This document shows positions 38,925 through 52,089 of a DNA stretch of 64,000 nucleotides, piece after piece (the first letter of the stretch is position 1; every line of letters begins with the position of its first letter). The position numbers were made by a program, and so were the translations under genes. The stretch is taken from the NCBI RefSeq assembly GCF_006345805.1, contig NC_042997.1, positions 100,254,001 to 100,318,000 of the forward strand, read 5' to 3'. The notes below the pieces were generated by a model. The model ran no database searches. It was not told where the DNA came from and was given only the letters and a program-made list of their open reading frames with translations. This DNA comes from Octopus sinensis. Lineage: Eukaryota.

Positions 38925-39245
38925 AGGTGCAGGCATGGCTGTGTGCTTAAAAAGCTAGCTTTGCAACTGCATGGTTTTGGGTTCAGTCTTACTGTGTGGC
39001 ACATTAGTAGGGAGAAACTATGTGGAAGTCAGTTGTGTGTATGTCCTGTCATTACTTGACAATCAGTGTTGGCTTGTTTTCACTCCTCAGTAACTTAGCA
39101 GTTTGGCACAAGAGGCTGATAGAGTAAGTACCAAACTTAAAAACAAAATTAAGTACTGGGGGCAATTTGTTCAAGTAAACCCCTTCAAGGCAGTGCCCCA
39201 GCATGGCCACATTCTAATGACTAAAACAACTAAAAATAAAAAGAT
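38925..39245 (+). mobile_element. SINE
   Basis: ggtgcaggcatggctgtgtg head. Confidence 0.7.
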
Positions 39246-40426
39246 ATGAGCCTGAAACAATTCTACATCAGCAGTTCAACAAGTTGTCATCTGCTTAATC
39301 CTTTCCATACCTGCAACCCACTTTAGGTCACCGGCTGGTCATATGTTACTTCACCAGCCTAAATTCTTTCATACTTTGATTCATCAGATGAACAACATGG
39401 AACAGTTCAATGCATCATGGAGCACATCACTTAACATGCATCTTCCATGCTGGCATGAATGTTTTGCAAGGATCCAATGATTCAGAAGACTGTGCTATGC
39501 TCCAATATCTACTCTGGCATAGTTTCTACAGCTGAATGCATTTTCTGATACCAAGAACCTTGCAGAGTGTACTGGGTGCTGTTTTCATAGTACCAGCACT
39601 AGTGAAGTTACTTTGCAACCAGCAAAACTAAGGGCCTAAAGTACCTTCTATGGCTGAGGAGAAAATGTGTGCAGTGATTTTTGCCAGGATGAGGGAGAGG
39701 AAAATGAGAGGAAAAGATTTATAGCTTTGATATGGTAGTGGAGAGAGTAACAGAATAGATGAAATTAGGGAAGAATGGCAGGGGAAAGGAAGGATTAGTG
39801 TCAAGGGTTAGAGAGAAATGGTGGAACAGAGTAGCAAGATTATAAGGTGGATTGTGTACAGAGGAAGGTCCAATGATAAACCTACATTATAAAGTGAATA
39901 TGGAAAGATGGTGTGAGGGAAGGGGAACAAGAAAAGAAACAAAGATGACAAGGAATCTTGAGTCATTGAAGGATTGAGATATTTGGGAAGGGGTCATGAG
40001 AGTAAGCCAGAGATGTATAGATTAGAGGGAGTGCTATGAGGGTAGGCCAGATGGTAGAAATGACAGGGGTATTGAGGCAGATAAGTTAGATGAAAAGACA
40101 ATGACAGATAATGAGGCAGAAGATGGGGAACAGTACATGAGTGCAATGAGACAATGTAGAAAAGAGAAGTTGAAATATATGATGGAAGTGCGGGGAAGAG
40201 CAGGGAGTGACTGCAGAGAAAGCATTCCAGTTGGAAAGACTGTAGATAGTGGATAGTTAGTGAAAGAATAAGAATGAGCAGTGCACTCTAGAGGTGTAAA
40301 AGTGGATAGTTAGATAAGGGCAAGAATAGGTGGCATTAAAATTGACCCTGGAGACATGCAAGATGGGAATATAACGTTCATTCAGAGGAGTAAAATAGGT
40401 TGTACCTCAGCTTTCCACAATGCCAC

Positions 40427-40630
40427 TTAACCCTTTTGTAACCATGTTTCTGTTGAAATACACTGCCTTTATTTCAATTAATTTTGAAGAATTTAAGAAA
40501 GTAATTTTGTCATTATTAAGCTGGTGTTTGAAACATAAATTAACATGAAATTTTGATGGGAAGTTTAAATTTGGACCACTTGTATCAGAGAACTAGGGGC
40601 AGCCTCAGGGAGGTTGGTATCAAAATGGCT
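40427..40630 (+). mobile_element. MITE family B
   Basis: TTAACCCTTTTgtaaccatg...ggtatcaaaa. Confidence 0.7.
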
Positions 40631-40700
40631 GAAGAAACAGTGTTAGCTTTAATCTTGCAATTTGACTATTATAAAATCACTAACATACTTAAAGAAACAT

Positions 40701-40836
40701 GAAGGGCATCCAGCTGTAGAAACACTGCCAGATCAGACTGGAGCCTGGTGTAGCCTCCTGGCTTCCCAGACCCCGGTTGAACCATCCAACCCATGCTAGC
40801 ATGGAAAACGGACGTTAAACGATGATGATGATGATG
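40701..40836 (+). mobile_element. Young RTE 3' tail
   Basis: gaagggcatccagctgtagaaac...cggacgttaaac(gat)n. Confidence 0.85.
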
Positions 40837-42709
40837 AGATTCTACATACCTTTCAAGTTTGATTGCCACTCATACAACTTGTGTATCATCTGGCTGATAT
40901 TCTTGCTTTGCCTCCCCCACACCACATGGTTGTATTGTGCTTTTCTCACAGCAAAGCAGCAATTCTCATGTTGCTCTTTTAGTAGCTTCTATGTGCAAAA
41001 ATGCTGCTGTTTATACAGCACTGGCATGTGCACAAACTTGCAATTACCACGAATATTTCTCTTGCACTTAAGAATAAGAATAAGCTTATCTAAAATTTCT
41101 CTCTAACAATGAGTTAAGACTCCTCTCTAACTTAAGAACTTACTGTGGTTGAAACCTTTCTCCACTATACATTAATAAACATGCATGGTCACTCGGTTTT
41201 GATCTAAATACTTGGATAGGAACTGCAGTAACCACATTCTGCCATTTGCATCAATGTGTGAGATAACCAAAAAAAAAAAAATGTCCAAAGAGAATAACAA
41301 TAAAGATCTATTCAATTTACTTCTTGAAATTTCTGTTCTGCAATGAAATAGTTGTCTCATACACTGAAACTGACATTGCATTAGATAATTCTTTTCTTAA
41401 CTCACAAGCACGTATGGGCTAAAAACTTATCTTCAGTTTGCATAACAAATATTTACTAAGTGATACATTCTCCATAATAGGGGCGCCAATTTATTGTAAG
41501 CAGCTTTTTTGTTCTTTCATTCATTCATTCATCCACAATAATGTTTATGCCACCTTCATTACTTAGTTACAGCTTGGTAAAAACCCAGAAGTTTAGAGCT
41601 AAATGTTTTAGCCATAGATACAATAACAGGATATAGATTACTGAGATCACTGCTAATTGGTTGTCCGAGGGTAAATAACTGAGCTATTTATGCTCACACA
41701 GGAACAATAAACAGGCAAAACAATTCTAGAAGCTGTCAATCAATACTGAATATGAAATACCTTCACATATCTGTCATATGAAATAATAGTCAACAAGTTC
41801 TACTTCACCTGCTGAAGGGAAATTTCTTAGTTTATTTTATTATATCTATTCAAATTCAGAAAATGCTGGCCACTGAAGGAAAAATATGGTAGAAGACTCA
41901 TTGCTGAAGAACTACAAAGGCAGCTGTACTAATGTAATATCAGAAAAGTAAACTTATTGTTGAGCATTAAATAGATCAGGTGAAAGTATATACAGAAGAA
42001 GAGAAAATCTAAAAATAAATTGGTATTTATGAACATTTGTTAGTAAATTACTTATTTTTCAAGATATTGAAAATTTCAAATCAAACACTTCAATTCAATT
42101 GGATAAAACAAAAAAAGCATCTTTGAATATCTTCAACAAATAACTTTGTCATAAAACAAGTAGCTTGGGGGTAGCCTGTAGAATTAAAAACAATTTTGAA
42201 TTCCAACTTTGATCATAAAACATATTCTTATATAGTATTCATATGCTCTATGGCTTGTTACATAATTTTCCTAACAATAATTCTAGACAATTGTTTATTA
42301 GAAGCCTTGTTTTTGTAAAATAACTGTTTAAAACAGATTATTTTAAGTGAAAGTACATACCTATTGAAAATAATTTCAAAGAAGTATATAAAACAAGCAA
42401 ATTTATTGAAAGGTAAGACGACACTGGAAATCTCTAAGTGAAAGGAAATGAGGAAAAGCACAGGAAAGAGGCTAAGTGCAATGTTAAAAGAGCAAACCAT
42501 TAAACAGCAATGGTGCAAAACCCATAGAAACAAACAGTTTAAGTTTTATGTAATATAAAATGTTAGGAGGGTAAATAGCAAAAGAGAATAATGAAGGAAA
42601 CATGCTTAAAAAGTAATTTTCAAAAAAAATTAAACATTTATAAAAGTCCTACAAAATGTGAAGTTAAAGGAAGGCATGGATACAATCTGACTAAATTGCT
42701 AGAGAAGGA

Positions 42710-43060
42710 ACACAAACACAAGTATACACCAGTTAAACACCGAGAATGAGAAAAGCACAAATAATACACACACATGTAAATCCAACTAAAATCTACAACA
42801 CACATACAACACTAGTAATCTTCACTAATAACTAAACACACACAAATACAGTAATCCTAGTGAAAAACAAGACATACAAGTAATCCTAAACACTATAAGA
42901 GACATATGCAGTGATTAAATACTATGAGATACATACACACAAGTAATCCCAACTAAACACAAAAGAGATACACACAAAACTAATCCTTACTAAACATGAG
43001 AGAGAAACATACAAAATAACTCCAATGAGAATGAGAATACTATGAGAATGAGATAAACAA
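42710..43060. repeat. Degenerate minisatellite (acacacaagtaatcct.actaaacac-like units)
   Basis: agtaatcc / actaaacac / tatgaga motifs recur at irregular 25-45 bp spacing. Confidence 0.55.
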
Positions 43061-43329
43061 ACAAATATTGTGCAAATTTAATAAAACAAAAGACTCCAGT
43101 GAAACTAAAAACTATCAAACAGCAAAGTGAAATTATAAATAAGAGAATATTAAAAGGTTTAAAAATTAAAAAGGAACAAAAGAAAAAAAATAAAGAAAAT
43201 ACTCTTACTCTTAATTCATTCATACAAGGACTGTAATACCAGGAACATTGGTATCAAAAAGGTTAAATCTACAAAATTATAAAATTCAAATTTTTTCCTG
43301 ATTGAAATAATTTTGAGATGCAACAAACT

Positions 43330-43700
43330 AGAATTCTGTCAAAGAATTAAAGAAGCAAAGCCTACATTCAAGAGGCTTCAAAATAAATCTAAGAAAGACA
43401 AAGTTTTAGTGAGCAGGAAAGAAAGCAGCACTATTACCATCTGTGAAATGGCCTGCTCAATATGTAAAAAAAGAGGGACCAGGAATACCATAAAGTATAT
43501 CCAATTAAACTATGAATACACAAAAGGTGTAGTGGGATCACAGGTATGCTAACAGTCAATGTATGTAGCAGATAGAAAGGTGTAGTTAGAGCACCCATTG
43601 AACAAATTCCTAAAATGCCCAAAAGGCTCCCAAAAAGAAGTTGACGATGTAGGTGGGTATTCTGAAAGCATAGTAGCAAGAGTAAGAATTAATTCAATGA
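43330..43700 (+). mobile_element. Degenerate RTE LINE fragment
   Basis: KVLVSRKE..ACSICKKRG..NTI, homologous to the region around 59100-59230. Confidence 0.65.
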
Positions 43701-46325
43701 GGTATTATTTCCATTGGCGACAAAGAGATTCTCTTTCCAAATGAAGGTCAATTTGTGTGATACTTGTGTATATAATGTGACAATTATTGTACAGCAACAA
43801 AATGCAGGGGAGAATGATAAAGGAGTGCAGAGAATAGCAAAATGTTCTTCTGGGAAAAAAAAAACAGAATGGGATACCATATTTCAATTATTTTAAGTTG
43901 GCTGTTAATTTTAATTCATGCTGTTCTTCATAAAGTTCTAAACATATGGACAATCCTTAAAAGTTATATTTACATGATGCTTTGGGTTCTATGAGTAAAT
44001 ACCTTCTAATATAGCCACAGGCCAATCAATAACTTGTAAGTGAAATTGTAAACCCATTATGCACATGTATAAGTGCGTGTGTGTGCATGAATATTTGCAT
44101 TCCTTATTGACAATGTCCTATAACTTTGTACTTTCAAAGACAGTTGGAATAAAAAAAAAACATATCCCTTAAGGGTTAGCAACAGGGAGTGCAGCCCGCC
44201 ATAAAATACTATCTCAAATCTTCCAATTCATGCTAATACAGAAAAATGTGTGTGCATATGTGTGTGTGTGTATGTATGTATGTATATATATAGTGTCATG
44301 CAAGCTGCATGGTGACCTCACTACTGCTTGGTGGCATGAAAAAAGAAACAGCACCTAGCACATACTGTGAAGTGGTTGGTATTAGGAAGAACATCCAGCT
44401 GTAGAAATCATACCAAAAGCAGACATTGAAATACAATGCAGTCCTTGGATCCACTGGATCCTATCAAACCCATGTCAGCATGGAACATGGACATTATAAA
44501 ATTAATGATATATTTTTATATCACTCTTCCATACTTTTTTATATTATTTTCCAAGGAATTTCTCACATGGATCCACATAAGATATTAGGTTCAATTAACT
44601 TTACAATTTAAAACAAGTTTACTTACAACATACATCTAGCCACTTTGCTAGGAAGAAGTCTATTATGTTTTGATTTTTTTTTTTAACAATTAATCTATTT
44701 TATCTAAAAATAGCTAACTGGTTAAAGAACTATCCACATATAGATTTTAGGAGTTCACATCTGCATTTGTTTCAATGTGCATTAAAACACGACACTTGTA
44801 TGTGCTTCACTATATATAACTATTGCAAATATAGATTTTCTGATAAAACATCAATACTATTGATCTTTTGCTAATGATTACCTTTTATCATGAAAGAGTA
44901 AATAATGGAAGGATAAACATCCTTTCTGTGACAGCATTGTAGAATAGGAGGTAAATCTTCATTGAATTAAGTCTATAACCTCATACTCATCCCTTGAAGT
45001 TAATGATGTTGATTTATTGATGGATTATTGATCTCAAAAGGTAATTGAAAATTTATTCCAATTGTATACAAAATAAACAGGTTTTATTAAATTGTTTATA
45101 TTTATACCTATCAATGTGAATATGTCTAATGTTATAGCAAACAGTTCAATCTGTTTTATTTTGCCATATTATTTCTCAATATATTTATAAGACTCCATGG
45201 GTAGTGTTAATATTCTTAATAATAATGAAGATACAGTTTTTATTGAAAGAAAAAGTAACTTCAGAAAGAACTGCTTTCCAATATAGTTTGGTGCAATATT
45301 TATAAGCTACCTGCATTCTATTCAAATCAAACAAGATAAAAATATATCAATTACTGACTGGTTTTAATCACTTGTTTATATTGAAAGTATTTTGTCAAAA
45401 TTCCATGAAAACAACTATTTAGCAATATTCGCTATCTTCAAAACGAAAATTATTATTTCATATCAAAATCAAATATACGTATTTTAAGTATATTTAGTAA
45501 AACATACATAGTAAATTTCTTGTGACAAGTCATTGTCTAACTCCAGATCAGCACTGATCAGACTGGTAACCAAAGCCGTAATTTCCGCCCCCATCCCAGT
45601 CATACTGCATTAAGGACTATATTATCCTTTCCTTTTTTATGAAGGTCAAGTGTAATAATGTGGGAAGAAAGCTTTGGCTGTTATTTTCAGCAGGCCGAGC
45701 GACCGTGTAGGGACTTCCGCGCTAAGTGGTCTTGTTATTAAAAGTGCAACACGCTCAAGGGAAATAACTCAAACTAACTCCTCTGCTTAGAAGATTCTAA
45801 ATAAATTGCATCAACCGGATATCTTTTAATGAAACCCCCAAAATCCATTATACATAACATGCACAGTAGTTTTCACTCATATTTAAAGTATAATATTTTC
45901 AGACAATAATAGCTTTAAATCTCATTTATAAATGTACATTCAGTACACTTAATTTAAAGTGGAATAATCATGCAATGCAGTTTGAAATTTAGAAGTGGGT
46001 CTACAGGCGAATGTTCAGCAAAAACTAACCTGGAAAAAAATCTAAATACCAAACGTGAAACATTTATTAACCCTTTAAGAAGTGAACGCTGATAATATTC
46101 TCATCTTAATTGCAATAAAAAAAATATATCAAACACAATAGAAACAAAAAATGTGAATTTCAAAAAATTTGAATGTTAAAGCTAATGCTTTATAACACAT
46201 TCAATGTGACAAACATCAGTTAATTTAAAGCTATATACCTTTTAAATAAGATGCAAAATAAGTAAAAATGGCAGTGCATCCAAAACGATATGTAAATGAA
46301 AATAAAAAGCCAAAAGTTTTGAAAC

Positions 46326-46326
<1 letters not shown>

Positions 46327-46376
<50 letters not shown>
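46327..46376. repeat. (TA)n microsatellite
   Basis: Directly visible, with one phase break. Confidence 0.9.
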
Positions 46377-46647
46377 CAAAATTTATAACATTAAATTACA
46401 AAAAAAAAAAATTACAGAAGAATTAACTTATCTAAAAGCAATATGATTTTTTTTAATGTATCAGTTAAAAGATAAGTTGATGCAATTTTAGTTTTATACT
46501 TTTAATATAGCAACCAAAGCAATAACAAAGATTTTTTGTATCAATCATAAATTATACCCAAGAGAAAAGAATTCTAAAATTCAAATTTCAATAAACTTCA
46601 TCTCAAACAGAAATTTTGATATATCTTGAATACAAAGATTCTTTAAC

Positions 46648-46790
46648 AGGCTGTGTGGTGAGAAGCTTCCCAACCACATGGTTCGGGATTCAGCCCCACT
46701 CTAGCACCCTGGGCAAGTGTCTTTTACTATAGCTTGGGGTTGACTAAAGCTTTGAGAGAATTTAGTAGACAGAAACTGAAAGAAGCTCAG
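46648..46790 (+). mobile_element. SINE head
   Basis: ggctgtgtggtgagaagcttcccaaccacatggttcggg. Confidence 0.7.
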
Positions 46791-46907
46791 CGCGCGCGTT
46801 ACTCTCCCCTTGCTTCGACATTGAGTGATAGTTGAAAACAAATATCACCATCATGTGAGTGGTGTTCATTTCCAATCTGAAAACATTTCTTGTCATAGGA
46901 AAATATT

Positions 46908-47160
46908 ATCATCATCATCATCGTTTAACGTCCGTTCTCCATGCTAGCATGGGTTGGACGGTTCGACCGGGGATCTGGGAAGCCAGAAGGCTGCACCATG
47001 CTCCAGTCTTATCTGGCAATGTTTCTACAGCTGGATGCCCTTCCTAACGCCAACCACTCCGTGAGTGTAGTGGGTGCTTTTTACATGCCACCTGCACAGG
47101 TGCCAGGCGAGGCTGGCAACAGCCACGGTCGGATTGGTGTATTTTACGTGCCACCGCTCC
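46908..47160 (-). mobile_element. Young RTE 3' tail
   Basis: Near-identical to 57863-58110. Confidence 0.85.
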
Positions 47161-47386
47161 CTTGGAAACAGGTGAAGGTTGATAACAAGAGCATCCTGCT
47201 GTAGAAAATTAGTTTCAATAAATTCCAATTGACTCATGTGAGCAGGGAAAAGTTGACATTAAGATAATGATGATGATGATGTATTCAAACTGCCCAACCC
47301 ATGCCAGCATGAAAGATGGGCATAAAATGATGATGAATACAAAGCAGCTATCATACAGCTAAGAATAATGGAATAAAATTACTCAC

Positions 47387-47445
47387 CAATGAAAAGCCCC
47401 AAAATGAAAGTACACAGTCCCAAGACCATAAAGGAATGGAGCATC
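47387..47445 (-). CDS. KDM6A: KDM6A/UTX-like coding exon (equivalent of human exon 5)
   Basis: tttttag|GATGCTCCA...TTTCATTG|gtgagt; 59 nt, phase 0 to 2. Encodes DAPFLYGLGTVYFHFGAFH(W), versus UTX [20 protein letters not shown]. Confidence 0.95.
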
Positions 47446-47850
47446 CTAAAATCAAAAAAATACATAAATACTTTTAAATTTCTACATATACATTTCATAT
47501 TAATCTTATTTTCTAATTACATAAATGTTTCAAACAAAAATGAGAAAAAAAATTGTTTCTTTCATACTTTCTATAATATTTTCACCATATTTTTTTTACT
47601 TATTTTCATTCACTTAATTCAATACTTAATTTCTGTATAAAATATATTGGTTTCCAGAATAAACATATTTTTGGAATCATTTTTAAATCTTTGCTTTTAG
47701 CATAACTTTTACCCAGTAAAAAGTGGGAAACCTGAAACGATATCGACATCTGCTTGCAACTACAAAGGCAGCTAAAATAATTAACAAAAGCATATGATAT
47801 GCTAACAAGTCATAACTGCTTGTATGTGACAGCTAGAGTTTGTTTTTTGA

Positions 47851-47907
<57 letters not shown>

Positions 47908-47910
<3 letters not shown>

Positions 47911-48304
47911 GTGATACCTGTGCCGGTGACACATAAAAAGCACCATCCAAACGTGACCGATGCCAACCCTGCCTCGAATGGCTTCTGTGCTGGTGGCACA
48001 TAAAAAGCACCATCCGAACGTGGCCGATGCCAGCACTGCCTTGACTGGCTTCTGTGCCGGTGGCACATAAAAAAGCACCAACCGATCGTGGCCGATGCCA
48101 GACCCCTCTGGCACCTGTGCAGGTGGCATGTAAAAAGCACCCACTACACTCGCGGAGTGGTTGGCGTTAGGAAGGGCATCCAGCTGTAGAAACACTGCCA
48201 GATCAGACTGGAGCCTGGGGCAGCCCCTGGCTCCCCAGACCCCGATCGAACCATCCAACCCGTGCTAGCGCGGAAAACGGACGTTAAACGATGATGATGA
48301 TGAT
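47908..48304 (+). mobile_element. Young RTE 3' UTR and tail with tandem ~65-bp units
   Basis: Repeated ggtggcacataaaaagcacc units, then the conserved tail and (GAT)n; flanked by TA repeats. Confidence 0.85.
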
Positions 48305-48379
48305 ATATATATATAAGAATTTTTACATGGATCTATATTAACTTCTTCTAAGGGGTGATGGGTAAAAAGTGTAAATGCA

Positions 48380-48590
48380 TATTATATATATATATATATA
48401 TATACACACATGTATGTGTGAGTGTGCATATGTATTAATGTATTCGTGCATACATATGTGTATGTGCAGATGTATGTATGCGTGGATGTATGTATATGGG
48501 TGGATATATACATGTGTATACATATGAACGTACTGATACATATGTGTGTATATATGCATACGTGTGTACTTGCATATATACAAATTTTCA
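48380..48590. repeat. Compound TA/TG microsatellite
   Basis: Directly visible. Confidence 0.85.
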
Positions 48591-50886
48591 TAACTTTATT
48601 TATACCTTATAAACGAATATTCCATTATTTTATTAACTATAAACTTACCTTATTTATATTTAAACTTCCCCTATGATCTCTATTTAATTTATTCATTGAT
48701 TGTTCTAATTATATTTACCAACTCTATCTTATCACCAATCAACCTGTAAACTCCATGCCCGAACATATAAAAATACAAATCATAAACAGTATCATTCAGT
48801 CTGCTATAATGAATCCATAAACACATATAAAACATCCAAGGGTATATCCCCCCCCCCTCTGAAGATATTATGCTCATGTCAATTTAATATTTACTAAGTA
48901 TTAATTGAAACAGCAGTAAGTGACAATGATTAATTTGCTGTTAATAATAAACAATTATTAATTTCCTAATCTCTATTTTCTTTTTCTTCTCATTTATTTA
49001 TATATAGGTACACTCGCACATTACATATATACACAAGAAGCATTCCTTTATGGAATTAAGTATAGACAAATACAGTAGCAGATGTCTCAAACAACAATTA
49101 TGAATATATTGAATAGAGACATGAACCCCACAGTGAATGGATGCATTATCAAATATGTAAATGCATTCCTGTCCTTAAAAATGTTTAGGTAAAAGGCAAA
49201 GAATTTTCAAGTACATGAGTGTGAAATACTTTCAGGATCATTTCTTCTGTGCTTAACACAGCAACAATGATATTTAGATTTTTCCCTGCTGTTTAACAAA
49301 CTGTTCTAACCATAGGCTGGCTCCTTAAGGATCAACTATGTTCATCCACAAAATTTGCTTTCCAGAAAGACTATCAACTGTCATAAATGTAATTTGGCAA
49401 ATTCATGTCTAGCAATGATCATATCAGGTTAATATCTATCCTGCAGAACTAGAACCACCATTTTCCTGGTTATCAGCATGCTATCTAGTGTTTTTGAAAT
49501 GCAACTATCACAAATATATTTTGAGACAGTTGCATTTTGTCTTGATATATCTTTAGCAAGCTGACTGATGGAATATTGCATATTACCTCATACAAGAAGA
49601 CATGCATTGCATCATCTACTAGGTTGTGTAATGACTTTTATTTTCCTTGTATTTATATAATGTTTTAAAATTATTCTATTTGCAGTTTCCAAATTAATGT
49701 TAATAGACTAAACAAAATAGTAGTTTAAGCCACAATTGAGCTGACCATGGGCATTCTCAGTGTCATATCTACTTGATGCTACTTGTTGGAAAACACTTTA
49801 AAGATTATGCAATCTAAAATAGTTTAAGTGAAATGTGCTTACTTTGAAATTGAGAATTTCTGAAGTGACAAGTGTTCACTTAGAATTACAAATACTGTGT
49901 TATCCACTCATTAACTAGTGTACGTTGAACTATGTAAAATGTTAGAGAAAGAAACTTAGCTGTTTCTTCCAATGCATACATCTAAAGCAAAATTTTTTCA
50001 GGGACCCCAATTTACTATTTTGTTACATGAACCACCACCCTACCCCAAAATCTTATAGGCCCTGGTTGAGAACCACTGGTATAGATAGTAAAATTGATGA
50101 TCTGCACAATTCCTACTCACTATCATTGCTTCACAAAATATGCTACTCTATTGTTCTCTCTCCTACTACATTCAGCAGATACATTTGAGCTGCAATCACA
50201 AACCTGCATGCAAGAAGTTTATGACATATACTCATTTCTCTTCAAAGTAGTGGAGAAATTCAATTCAATAATATGTCTCCAAGTGACAGAACAGGCATTT
50301 TCAAGATCAAGATTATATTTCTCTCAACCAGTCTGAGGAATGAATTAAAAAATGTACCCATTCTCCCCTTGAGTCACTCACTTTGACTGAAAGATATCTA
50401 CTTTAATGAAGTGAAGACACTATTTAGAAGGTGACAGTAAATTATCTTTGGCATATGGATGTGCAACTCTCCGTAAAATCAAAGCAGATAAACTAGGACA
50501 ATGTACTGAACTACTCCAGATATAATGTACACACAAGAAACATTTAGCAGGTGAAGGACAACTAAAAGATAAGCATAAATGACATATTTTTCTAAAAATA
50601 GATGCAATGATATAGATAGTCATGAGAGATATTTCAGATTTGTTGTATTTTTAATCTTGTAAACAAACTTTGCAGTTTTCCAAAAACATCAACTTAGAAC
50701 TTTTTTTATAAGTTCAGGTAGTGTTATAGTACTTATAGGCTTTGCAAATCCTCCCAGACTCATATCAATGATGCAGCTGTAACCAAATTCAACAGCTTGT
50801 GGTTAGTGGTGAGAAGGAACTAGAGTCAGTTCCAAATGCTTGTAACATAGCAAACTCCACTAAGTTTCCCCAAGCATGAAGTGATT

Positions 50887-51341
50887 TTAACCCTTTTGGT
50901 ACCACATTTTTTTTTTTTTTGAAATATACTGCTTTTGTTTCAACTGATTTTGAAAATATTGAAGAATTTGGTAAAATAACTGTCTTTATTAAGCTGGTAT
51001 TTGGAACATAAATTAACAGGAAATTTTGATGGAAGGTTTTAATTTATATCACTTTAACCCTTTAGCATTCAGATTATTCTGGCAAATGTAATGCTTATTT
51101 ATTCAAATTGGTTTGAATTAACCACTCATTATCTCATTGCTTCTAGATTTCAATGATGTGAAAGTATATTTTTAAAATGACATAGTATGGTAGGTGTGAG
51201 CAGCCAAATTTGGTCAGTTTGAACATAAAACATGTAGAATATTTGGACCTGACAAGGCCAGTTTAAATGCTAGAAGGTAAAAGCAGGGTATTTGTATCAT
51301 AGAACTAGAAGATTTTAGGCAAGTTCATATCAAAAAGTTAA
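50887..51341 (+). mobile_element. Composite TTAA-type MITE: family A nested in family B
   Basis: TTAA at 50887 and 51338; inner A element starts after TTAA at 51054-51057 and ends at about 51277. Confidence 0.75.
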
Positions 51342-51692
51342 ACTGTACAACATGTTAGAGGTACTGACACATTCCAAAAGATTCCCTTTTGGTAACTTTT
51401 GGAATATCTGGAATATCTGGATCATTGTATAAGTGGCTAAGAGCTTACTTTATAATGTACTGAAAGGTCAATTCATCTAAATACCAGATATAATGTTTTA
51501 GATGTTTAGTTTTCTTGACAATGTTGAGTTACTGTGATTTTAAACTGAAATAGTCGTTAGATGTGTCTACTGTTATGCAACATCACAGAGCAGATGGCCA
51601 AATAGTTTTGTAAGTTATAGTAAAGAACCAGCTGACAATACTGTTTATTGCTCATCTCTTAAAATTAGATTCATTGGTTGAAAGATACCTTA

Positions 51693-52050
51693 TATCATCA
51701 TCATCATTTAACATCCACTTTTCCATGCTTGCATAAGTCAAACAGAATTTGTTAAAGCAGATATTCTATGGCTAGATACCCTTCCTGTCACAGCCAGACA
51801 TGCTTTTCATAGAAGACTGAAAATGAACAACATCACTGGTGCATGTTTACAACCATGATGTCATGGCAAGGATACATGCCAACACACACAGAGACTTCGT
51901 TAAGTTTCTTTTTACCAAATCTATTCACAAAGCTTTAGTCAGCCTAGGGCTACAATAGAAGACACTTGCTCAAGTACTGTGCAATGAGACTGAACCCAAG
52001 ACTATATGATTGAGAATCAAGCTTCTTAACCACACAGCCATGTCTGAACC
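51693..52050 (-). mobile_element. RTE-tail plus SINE head
   Basis: catcatcatttaacatcc... and gagactgaaccc. Confidence 0.6.
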
Positions 52051-52089
52051 TCCACGAAGCTACATCCATTTGATAATTATATTATCTTT

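Noticed and set aside
39650-40400. Long purine-rich tract (similar at 54770-55450; pyrimidine-rich at 53130-53420)
   Set aside because: Adjacent to old RTE-type tails and recurrent, so probably decayed repeat interior rather than a functional triplex element.
48689-48877. 62-aa aromatic-rich ORF (..DLYFYMFGHGVYRLIGD..)
   Set aside because: No recognisable family, no flanking splice signals, and adjacent to a microsatellite; a BLASTX would settle it.
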